Shown here piece by piece: positions 36,495 through 47,147 of a DNA stretch of 64,000 nt (position 1 is its first letter; each line of letters begins with the position of its first letter). This stretch comes from Leidyana gryllorum EB-2025a (lineage: Eukaryota > Protista > Apicomplexa). The stretch spans positions 1 through 64,000 of the forward strand of contig JBLWGC010000092.1 in NCBI GenBank assembly GCA_048772705.1, given 5' to 3'. The notes beneath the pieces were generated by a model. The model did not search any database, was not told where the DNA came from, and worked only from the letters and a program-made list of their open reading frames with translations. Both the position numbers and the translations under genes were made by a program.

Positions 36495-39243
36495 CTACGC
36501 GTATGTGCGATTCAAGGCCTGATCGTATCCTTCCAATCCGTTACTGCTGGCGGACCCCTCAATACCATACTGTGCCATCAGCTGCCGGTACCCCAATGAT
36601 CCAGTGGTCAGAATCATAATGGCCCGCGTTCCTTTCCACTGATGCTCAGCCAAATATCGGCAAGCGCTCATTTCACTTCTGGTGATGCCCCCAGGAACAA
36701 TCAGGATGGTGACAGGGACTTTGTCGCCATCCTGGGGCATCGACATATTGGCGCGAGCTGATCGACCGGAATGTCCTCCAAGCAGGCGACTAACAGGTGC
36801 TACCAGCTGAAGTGCATCATCAATTCGAGCTCAGACCCAATGTCAAACGCAACGCACTCCTCCATTCCACCTCGGCATACCCTCCACACTCACACTCACA
36901 CACTCACTCACACACACCCACCCACTTCCCCTGCCCTTCGTCATGCATCGCCACTTACGGATTCCTCGTTCGCGCGTACCACTGCTTTCCACGTTCTCCC
37001 CTCGTTCTCCATTGTTGCGGATTGAAAGAGCTTGACTGCGACGCCTCTGATTGATAGGAGACTGTGCTACTTGCCGACGCTTACCCAGCAACGGGGCATA
37101 CCCACTATGGACATAACTAATATCTCGGACCACAGGTTCCTCAGATCGCACGATGTCGAAGGTCTTCTTCAAGAACTGCCAATCACTTAGTGTGCCTTTC
37201 TTATATTGTGTGCATCCCAGTATGCCGGCTTTCTCTAAAGCACTCCACCTGTAGCCTTCCCATATCCCATACTCGCGACACAATTGCCGTCTCAAGGCCT
37301 GATGTGCTCCGCGATCGAATTGTTCCGCGTGGACGCGACAATTCAACGCCGCCAACCGGTATATATCCTCCAAAGGATATTGTCGGTCACACAATCCGAT
37401 GAGAACCCGGCAATTCTCCTCGAACGTCGAAGCACCGCCCATTATCTCTAAACGATACTCAGTCTGAGCCTCATTCTGTTACACGAGGCACTCACCGTCT
37501 TCGATACGCAGTAGCGTGTAGAATGCCGGATGCTTTATGATGTTTGTCACCAGAAATGTGCTCACATTTATATGATCGGCCAAATGCCGATGCTCGCCTT
37601 GATGCTGTTTCAATTGCGACATGACTTGCTGCATTTCTGCCATACTCCATTGCCCTGTGCGCCCTCTCTCAAATGCTGACTGAATATTCAAAGCATAGGT
37701 ATGTAGTGTGCTCCCAAGCTCGGTGTGTGGTAAAACGCGCGTCTCTCTGTACACCTTATCTTGATCTGTGAGCTTCATTTTCAATGGCTCGCCATTTAAG
37801 ACCTCCCCCGGGATATCAACATGGGCACTCTGCAACATGAATAGCGTCTCGACAGCGACACCACGTTGTCACCTACATCGATTCCCCATGTCTGCTCCAA
37901 GAGCGCTTCGTACGTGAAGGGGGCCGCAAATGGTGATATCCAATCACAGTTACGATCAATGATTACCACTCTATCCAGCGTATATGCTGGAATAGCCTCG
38001 CGCTTGGATGTTTCAGGTGCGGATGGAAACAGGAAACTGGCCATAGGACCTTCGACTTTCTCATACAGCTCGTCACCCGGACCTTCGGAATCACAATGAC
38101 AGAAGTTTACCTCATCTTCGAGCAAGCGAACAGCAGCCTCTTGATCTTTGGCTCCCATGAGGACTTTGTGCATTCCGGGAGTCAGCTGACTGCAGAACTG
38201 GTCAGGAGGTAACGGCAGTTTAGTCGCAGAGACCGTTTCGCCGTGAAGCAAAGCTTCCACAACGTTTTCAGCCTCTTTGAACTGTTGCTCCAGGGTGTAG
38301 GTGACCACCTCCTGCTGATTGCCCGGAACTGTGGCTACTTCGGCGGCAAATGCTTCTTTGATCTCGCGGGCCATCAATCTCGCAGTCGGTCCGAGTCCAC
38401 AAATGACTGCTTGTTCGGGGATGTGGGCATGTTGCAACAACTTGACTGCGGCTCTGGCGAGATCTTGTATGGGTCCAAAGTCGCCATCCAGTTTCAGATC
38501 CCGATCCGCGGTGGGGCGTTCCAGCGAGTATACCATTTCATCCAGTCCGAAGCAGGGGAATTTGACATCCGCCACTGTGACTGAGAGATATTTGAAAGTG
38601 AGGTGATTGGGAGGGTTGGGTATGACATCCAGGCGCTTGAGTTGATCCAAGATGCGTGTCATGTGGAGTGTGCGGCGTCTTGGGAAGAAGTTGAGTTCAA
38701 TACGAGCCCGTTCTTTGACGCCGTGCGTCTTGAGGCTATCTTGAATGGCATCGAGGAGGCCACTAAATAAGAGAGAGATTGATCGCGTGTCCAGAGGAAG
38801 CGCCGACACACCCACCAGATATGATTTGAGGCACTCAGAGAACTGTTAGCTAGCACGACTATACGAATGGGTTTGGTGTTATCAACTTCCGAACAAGCGA
38901 CCGCAAGGTCATGATATTTGCTTAGTCGCCACCAGTTGTCGAGCTGCAGCTCTTTTAGAAAGGTCACATGGATGTCTGGGTTGATGTGCGGCGTGTGGTA
39001 ACGGATCAGAAGCAGTTGTTGCCTACATACAGATACTCAGTGGGCCAACAAGGGCGTCATCAAAGCAGATAAAGGACTTATAGCGGGGCCCGCCATCCCC
39101 AGCCGTCTAGTTGAAGGATGCCGAGGGACAACGAAAATAGCTCAGCTTACGGGCGGACTACCGAATAAGTTCTTGAGCTCCGAAGTGACTTCCGAGTGAA
39201 GACATCTTGAGAGCGCTGAGAGAGTGTCATAAACTACTGACAT
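36495..39243 (-). CDS. VPS33: Sec1/Munc18 family protein VPS33, multi-exon
   Basis: FDDALVGPLS, IIDRNCDWISPFAAPFTYEALL, LADHIN, DISYVHSGYAPL, GGITRSEMSACRYL, ILTTG. Exon 1 MSVVYDT...SELKNLF starts at ATG 39243. Confidence 0.85.
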
Positions 39244-39248
39244 CCAAA

Positions 39249-40509
39249 TTAATTGTAATACAACTCAATGTTCATCCCATGCTTAATTTCATATGTATCC
39301 AAGTCTATATGATCCTTGAGCACCACATGTTGTTTCTGGAACTTCATTTTCTCTGGGCGAGTACCTGATCAATCGATCGATTATCAGCAGCGAGAGACAC
39401 TACTTACCTAAGATTGCCGCAGCCAGCTTCTTCACATCGAGTACAGTGTCATCTTTAGAGCACTTGATACGAGCTTTTTTACCCAGACGATCGTTCACTG
39501 TTATCTCCATAAGCATTTGCGGCTGTGCGGCCGTCGCGTTGGGTGTCGTCGGCAACTCGTCGCGCACTGAAGTCTGAACCTTTCTCTTCTCCTTGTCAAC
39601 TTCGTCTCGTTTTCGCTTTCGCTCGCGCTCTTTCAAACGGTTCGCGCCGTAGTCGTCGCGGTCACGCCAAACTCGTGGTAACCTGTTCTCTGGAGGACGC
39701 TCATCCACTTCGCCATGATGACGGTACCCGCCTCGATACCTTGAGGACGAGACCGCCGCCGCTCCCGATGTTTCATCTGCGGATCCCTTGCGGCGTTGGT
39801 CTCCTTCGGCACCCACTGTCTCCCACTCGGTCCGGCGACGCATCTTCCGTCGCTGATCGTCCTCAATGTCTTCCGGGCCGCCGCCGTCCCTGGTATCACG
39901 GGTCCCGCCACCAACTGGCTCCCGTCGGCCGTCCCTACCGCGGTCCCGGGTATCGCCGCGATCCCTTTCTCTCTCGCCACGCCTGTCTCGGTCCCACTCC
40001 CGGTCCCGATCGCCTCCTCTACTATCACAAGAACCCCGCCGGTCCCCTGCGTAGCCTCCTCTCCGATTATTCCTTTCGGGAAACCCTCGATCTCTGTGGC
40101 GATAAGCGGACGACCGATCGCGATCATATGGCCGTGAACTTCCTCCCTCCTCATCTCGCCCATATTCGTCCCGATAGGCCCGAGGCTGGTATCGCGTGTG
40201 CCACCCTTCACCGCTCCGATACCGTCGATCTTCTGACGGTCGGTGAGATTGAGCCTGGCGCTGGGGTGACTCATTCGGCGATCTCGCAGCTGAGTGGCGG
40301 TCGGGCCTGCCGCGTGAACGGGAATGCTCCCTATCTGCGGCAGCCTTCGCGGGTCGGGCACCCTCGTGGTCATCCTCTCGTGGCTTTACACGCACTGCCG
40401 CATCCTCTTGCTGCTTTTCATCCGACCTCAGACGCTCCTCTTCTCGCTCCTCGCCTTCCCCTTCCTCACGGGAGTCAATGTGTTGAGGGTCGGAGTCTTC
40501 CTCCTGCAT
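39249..40509 (-). CDS. HUB1: Hub1/UBL5 ubiquitin-like domain preceded by a long in-frame Arg/Asp/Glu-rich region (intron 39365-39407)
   Basis: Spliced C-terminus [35 protein letters not shown]|[37 protein letters not shown] matches the UBL5 consensus, including the terminal YY. Confidence 0.88.
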
Positions 40510-40513
40510 GGGA

Positions 40514-42082
40514 CTATATTTTTTTCGCAACGTCGCTCGCAGCTGCAGGTCGCCTAAAATGCCTATCCCATTCTCCCTGAATATAATGAAACACAATCAG
40601 GGCTCGACGGTCGTCCCCAGACAACGGATTTTTGTCGGGATGCCAATTAAGCTGCAACTGACGTAATCTACGACGTAACTCTTGCTCATTGCTGATAGCG
40701 TTCAGCTCCACAGCAATTTTGTCGATCAACGCTTGCGCACTGCGGGCTTCCATATGACACCAAAGGAAAACGAAACTGGCCACGTACCTAGCATGACCTC
40801 CCCTACGTGACTTGGGCACACGATCACTCGACTTCCTGCTCGCCGATCCTGATGGCATCCGAGCGCCAAAAACATATGGGGGAGCGCTGGCAGCTCCCCA
40901 ATTAGCAGCGTATTCGCTTCGCGAGGGCCGCATGGGACACTTCTGCTCGTGCCGCCGACGAACCTGTATCGCAGTACACACAGGGACGTCCATGTTCCAC
41001 CCATATTCGGCCGCAAATCTCAAACCGCAAAATCTGCAGCTGTTACGAGGATTCATGTCACAGTTGACCACATGTTGATCGAGTAGATAGCTCGCTGGAC
41101 CAACATCGGTTGACCGAAACTCTCGAGAGCAGTGCCGGCACTGGAAAGAAGGGTGTGCACACACACTGACAGCCTTACTTGCGCGTAATTCTTGGGATTC
41201 GCTCGACAATATTTCGAATGTTCGGTCAATCGTGCCTGCAGCCCTTTCAGTCCTTCCTCAGTATTGCCACCGAACGATGTTCTGCAGATGGATGTGGGTG
41301 CGATAAGCCATGGTGCTCACCCGCAATAGTGACAACATGTCTCGGGGTTGCTTTTACATACTTCTTCATGTAGGGCCACTTGTTCCAGAGCGATCACATC
41401 CGGAGCTGACTGGAAATGTAAGCCGCAGAAGACACACCAAGCGTTGGAAGACGGATTTTGAGCACATATCTGAAGCGGTGTAGATGGATTTCTTCCATTA
41501 GATTGTTCGTACCCTTTGATGCAGTATTCGGTGGGCGTATTTGTTGTCCCCGAATGCAAGTCCGCAGTAGACACAGTCTTTGCCCTCATAGATACTTTCC
41601 GGATCGAGAGGCGGTTTGTCCGGGATCTTCTTTCTAGCGGCTTCTTCTTGTTTGGCTCTATGCTCGCGATACTGGGCGAATAGATTCCGAATGCTGGATG
41701 TGTTGAGGGGTGTTTTGATTTGGGGGTCACTAGTCTCCACCGGAGGGGTGTCATCAGGAACTTCGACAGGTGCGGTTGGGCATTCCTCCAGACTTGGGCT
41801 GGGCCTCAATAGCTTGAGTCGGTCGAGAGAGGCCTTGACGGGTTTGGATTGTTCGGGTTTGCTGAGTGACCGAGAATAAGTTGGGGCCGGTGGAGAGAAG
41901 GATGGGAGCGGAATTTCATGTCGTGTGAACATGGAAGCACCAGGTCTACTGGGACATTGTGACTCTTCATGGTCTCTGATAGCTGACCAAGAGAATGATT
42001 TGCCACAATATTGGCAATTGAAGCTCTCTTCGAGAATCTCGGCTATACTCCCATAGGGTCCCAGATCGGCTTGGTGTTCCAT
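40514..42082 (-). CDS. Repeated C2HC-type Zn-finger protein with C-terminal J-domain (HPD), multi-exon
   Basis: CQYCG..HE..C, CVYCG..H..C, CVFCG..HEEVC, CRHC..HVVNC, CRFCG..HEQKC; [13 protein letters not shown]. Confidence 0.75.
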
Positions 42083-42108
42083 ATATAAAAAGGGCCCCGA
42101 AAAAAGTC

Positions 42109-45100
42109 ATGCAGGACTTCGATGCAGAGGAAGACGAGAGGTATTGGAACCGCCTGACTGAACAGCACGAGAGAGCGGATGTGGCAATACCCCAGACAAC
42201 GGGTAATGTATTTGAGGATGTCTTGGAGGCTCTGAGAGGGTAAGCTTGAGTGGGTTTGAAGACTGCTTTTTATCTGTTCACCGCAGGACTGACGCGAGGC
42301 GTCCCCAGAGTCTGGGGCGCCCCCCTCAAATGACGGTACTGCGACGAAGTCGTCGGGGTCGTTTACGCAAGGAGGTCAGAGACATATATCTCCACGAGGA
42401 GTTCCCTTGTGGGGTTGTGGACTGTGGCGTCTGTCAAGAAATGGAAGAGGATAGTGAAGGAGCGAAGCTTTCTGCTCAGTCTATCGTTCTGATAGACTCT
42501 CCGGTGGCGATTCAGGAAGTTGACTTCCTGTGGGACGACCCGTCGGTGAACAACGTGGTGATTCTTCAGTCTGTTTTGGACGAAGTCCGAGAGAAGTCCA
42601 GAAGGCGTAATTATCGACGGCTGTTACGGCTGTGTGGTTTTGAGGCTCCTGACGGCGTAGTTGCAGCCGGGAACACGAGACGTCAACGCCGTAAGGTTCT
42701 GGGAGACCAAGATGAGGTCCCTCCCAACCGTCGCTTCTACCTGTTTCCAAACACCGCGATGGTGGGGACTTTTGCGCCCCGTGAAGATTGGGAAACCGAG
42801 GATGCCTATTCCTGCCGTCTCGTGAAGCGGTCAGCTTTGTGGTACAATAGACACCGCAACTCGGACGGCGATGCCATGGACGAGATGAGCGCCTCTGCTG
42901 ATCCCAAGGTGGTGGTGCTGACCACCACTGAGAAGAGGAAACAAATGCTGATATGCAACGAGGAGGATCGAGTGACAGCAATGACTCTGTCAGAGTGGAT
43001 CAACAAGGCTCGCACTCAACACCCGACCGCAGGCGAAAAGCTCGTTGGCAATTATGCGGATGACGATATGGCGGAGGGGTTGGGAGGTGTGAGGGAGGCG
43101 GACCCTGAAGAGCGGGAGCGATCGATGCGTGCGTTGGATCTTCTTCGAAAGGCTGCTGATGGTATTGACGTGGTGCTGCGAGACGATTTACGTAAAGCTC
43201 AAGCGGTATATCCGCCTCATTTGTCTCCCACCACACTGGCGGCTCGTGTGCGAGCAGGTCGCGCGTTCCAAGGAAGCCTCAAGACCGCCCCCACTACCTG
43301 CTGGAAGGCCACAGTCACTGTGCCCCATGGTGACGAGAGTATTGACATTAAGATCGCGGGCAGTGTGAACATCAATCGCGCTGTGGACGGAGATATAGTC
43401 GTGGTGGAAATGTTGGACGATCAAGATATCATTGCCAGGAAAGCCGCCGCGGCTGAAGAAGCTCGACTGGATGGAGTGGACGAACTCGATTTGGAGGCGA
43501 GGAGACCGGTTACGGATATCCAACCCGATCGTCAACACTATATTGGCCGTGTGATTGGCATTGTCCAGCGTAACTGGCACACTTATTGTGGGAGCCTCTT
43601 GAAGGGAGTGGCCAGTGGGACTCAGCGTGGGGAGGATCGAAAGTTTGTCCCCGCCAGTCCGAAGATCCCTCCGTTCGTCATCCGCACCCACCAAGCCGCA
43701 GCTCTCGAGGGCCGACGATTGGTCGCTTGCATGGATTCGTGGGATCGATACAGTTTGTACGCCAGAGGGCATTGGATTGAAGACTTGGGTGTGGCCGGAG
43801 AGGATGCCACAGAAGCAAAAGTGATTCTGAGAGAGCACAATGTGATAACGCGAGAGTTCCCTCCCTCAGTGATGCGATGTTTGCCACCCCCGTCCTATCA
43901 AGTGTCCAATGAAGACATGAGCACCCGACTGGACATTCGTCTGAAAAAGTGTTTCTGTGACAATTGCCGTCTGCAGCGGAATGGCAAAGAGATTCCCGGG
44001 ACAAAGGACCCCAAACTGGAAGAGTTGGTGGGAACACCGTGTATTTTTTATGCGGACAAGTCGCGTAAGGACCGTCCGTTATTGAATTGGCTCGAGGAGG
44101 ACGTGGAACCGTACAAGGCTGCTGTTAAGCGTCGAAAGAAGAATCCCAAGTACGAAGAGTACGAGGATCCAGAGCTTCTGGGATCAACTGGTACAATCTG
44201 TTGTTCAATTGATCCCCCAACGTGTGTGGATATAGACGACTCTCTTTCAGTAAAGTTCCTGAAGAACGGCAATTATGAGATCGGAGTTCACATTGCTGAT
44301 GTGACTCACTATGTGAAGGCCGATACCGCCATTGATGTCGAAGCGGCTGAGAGATGTACAACAGTATATCTCGTCAACCAACGTACCGATATGTTGCCCA
44401 AGAGGTTAAGTGCTGATATATGTTCCCTGAAATCCGGGGTAGATCGGCTTAGTTTCAGCGTGTTCTGGGAGATGACTCCCAATGCTAAAATCAAGAACAC
44501 CCGCTTCCACAAGACGGTAATGCACGCTGTGGCAGCATTCAATTATCAACAAGCGCAAAACATCATTGATGACGGCCAGGACAATGGGCCGATGGCAGTG
44601 CGTCTGCGTGTGCTCAATGATTTGGCCAAGAAACTGCGTGCTCGCCGAATGGAAGCGGGCGCTGTGGAGCTGTCGGCGACGGAAGTCAAGTTCACAATGG
44701 ACGATAAGGGTCAACCGGTCGAAGTGGAACCGTATCCTGAACTTGAAACACATCACTTGGTTGAAGAGTTTATGCTTCTAGCCAATATGGCCGTTGCTGA
44801 GAAGATTTACCAGACTTTCCCGGACTGCGCTGTGCTCAGACGCCATCCTCCCCCCAAAGCCGACGGGCTCGCACTGTTGGCCAAGATTCTGGCTGAGAAA
44901 GGGTTCAACTTTAAGTACGGCACGAGTGCAGAGTTGGCTGATTCATTGACCAAAGCCACCCGGCCGGATGACCCCGAGTTCAACAGACAGCTGAGGGCCA
45001 TCACGGTTCAGTACATGAATCAAGCAGTGTACTTTTGCACCGGCGAGATCAAAGATCCCGAACAGATGCGTCACTACGCTCTCGCCAGCAACTTTTATAC

Positions 45101-45762
45101 ACACTTCACCTCTCCAATCAGACGGTACGCAGATGTCCTCGTGCATCGACTGCTGGCCGCGGCACTCGGAGTCGCCCCACTGTCGATCAGTATGGCGCAG
45201 ACGGCGAGGATCACCGATCTGTGTCAAAAGATGACGGAAAGACATCGGAACGCGCAATTTTGTGGGAGAGATTCTGCGAGCTTCTATGCCTACAAACTGT
45301 TTAGCAAGAAAGGGAACCTTGAGGTCCGTGGAGTTGTGACCCAAGTTCGAGCCAACGGGTGTTTGGTACACGTGCCTGAATGGGGAGTTGATGGACACGC
45401 CGTTGTAGATAGCTCTCAGTTTAAGTACGACCCCCAAGCGAGGGTATTGGAAAGCATTACTCGCCCCGGCGAGGTGATCAGCATGTTCGATCACGTCGCT
45501 GTCCAAGTGGAGACTTCCGATGAGGACTATAGGTAAGCGTTCCCTTCTTGGCGGGGGCGTCCATATCCACACCCACACTTTCAGGTATCGTGTGTCATAC
45601 GTCCTGATCAAGAAACTACCGCTGGCTGCCAAGCCCTCCCAACAGCATAGAAACGTCCCCACTAGCAGACCTTCATCAGAGAAGATGAGGTCCTCAGTCA
45701 AGAGGGCCTCTTCCAGTCAGTCCCGACAGAGCAACAAGGCGACTAAAAAATCGTCCAAGTAG
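42109..45762 (+). CDS. DIS3: Exosome catalytic subunit DIS3/RRP44, 3 exons
   Basis: CR3 motif CGVVDCGVC, PIN, NRAVDGD, SIDPPTCVDIDD, GVHIADV, VEEFMLLAN, YTHFTSPIRRYAD. Exon 1 from ATG 42109 to the GTAAG donor near 42240. Confidence 0.95.
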
Positions 45763-45885
45763 ACCTGTGTGCGCGTCCCGAAACCATCAAGTGGAAAAAT
45801 TGATCTTACATATCACTCACTCATTCACTCACCCACTCATTCTTTCAGCCCTTAACTCTTCGGTCGCTGATCTAGTTTACACACG

Positions 45886-46641
45886 ATGAAGAAGGGATTC
45901 GGTCATCTTATTCCTGGTCGCAAGGACAGAGGCAACTCTTCCAGTGGCGGCCCCAATATTCATGAAGCTACTTATGACAACAGCACCGATGGCTCTCGTA
46001 TGACCACCTCTCTTGTACCCATGGACAAGGATGAGTGTATGAGCTACAACAACACTCTCTTCTCGGGCCATCAGTCCATTCAAGCCATGCCCTCAGCCTG
46101 GGGCGTCGTTGAATGCCGCATGGACCCTACCAGAGATGCTGGAAATGTTGCGAACTGTCTTCTGACTGGCGCACCTCAGCTCCGAGAGGGAACAAATCTC
46201 ATCAAATTCTATCAATTCCCAGGCTGCCAAGGCGGAGTCTCTTATGGACTCTCACACATCGGTTTGTGGGCTTGCGGTTATGGCCTCCGCGGCGCTCTCA
46301 TCCATCCTCAAGGTAATCTGGCATCAAATTCCTTACTCAAGCAAGGCTACTGCCGACCATTCGGCCCCAACTCCACCGTTGACATGATCATCGAAGTTGC
46401 CCAGAGTATCGCCAATGTCTACTTCTACGTTGACGGTGTCAACTGCGGCCACGCCTACTGCCTCGATTTCCGATACAACCCGGTACTCATGAACTCCCTA
46501 CGCCCGGTTGTGCAGTTCACTGATGGTGCCTGCGGAAGCCGTGTGGTGGTCGCTTGCCACCCAACTTCGGAACTCGGCGTCGGTGGTGCGCCCTGGAGAC
46601 AGACCCGATCTCAACCAGTGCCGGGCAACCCTTGCAATTAG
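45886..46641 (+). CDS. Hypothetical protein with SPRY/B30.2-like C-terminal half
   Basis: YCRPFGPNSTVDM..VYFYVDGVNCGHAY..LRPVVQF resembles the SPRY consensus. Confidence 0.5.
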   Translation: MKKGFGHLIPGRKDRGNSSSGGPNIHEATYDNSTDGSRMTTSLVPMDKDECMSYNNTLFSGHQSIQAMPSAWGVVECRMDPTRDAGNVANCLLTGAPQLREGTNLIKFYQFPGCQGGVSYGLSHIGLWACGYGLRGALIHPQGNLASNSLLKQGYCRPFGPNSTVDMIIEVAQSIANVYFYVDGVNCGHAYCLDFRYNPVLMNSLRPVVQFTDGACGSRVVVACHPTSELGVGGAPWRQTRSQPVPGNPCN

Positions 46642-47147
46642 GCTATGAGATCCAACAAGCTTGTTTTCCTCCATTGTTTTGATTTGTGACGCGATTGTCG
46701 GATTCTACTCCGTCAAGTAATTGCTCTGTCATGAAACCACTAAGTTAGAGAGGCAAACATACTCCCTAGGTGTCAGAGAAGCTACACCCACTTCGGACGT
46801 AAGCACCAAACCCATATGTACAACCGCTCCGAACCACCGAGGCATGCCGATATCAGACAAACTAAACTGAATCAATGTGTGTGCATTGGTTGGGGAGCCT
46901 GTAGGAACGAAAAACACTTAGAGATCTACGCGTAGCATCCCACATGTGTACGGAGACACAAACTTGACGGACACTTTGTCGGGGATGACACACACATGAC
47001 CTGCGCGGGTGTTGTATGAGTGAAAACTTTGGACCCGCGCAATCGCGCTCATCTTTTTCGAAAAGACACAAACTCCCGGCGGGCCGACTCTGAGTGGGAT
47101 TTCGGATCGGCGGTGCTGAGTGGGGTTGTGAGACCGCGCGTTTTCGA

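Noticed and set aside
39525-40580. 351-aa plus-strand ORF
   Set aside because: Antisense shadow of the low-complexity RD-rich Hub1 gene; non-ATG start and no recognisable domain
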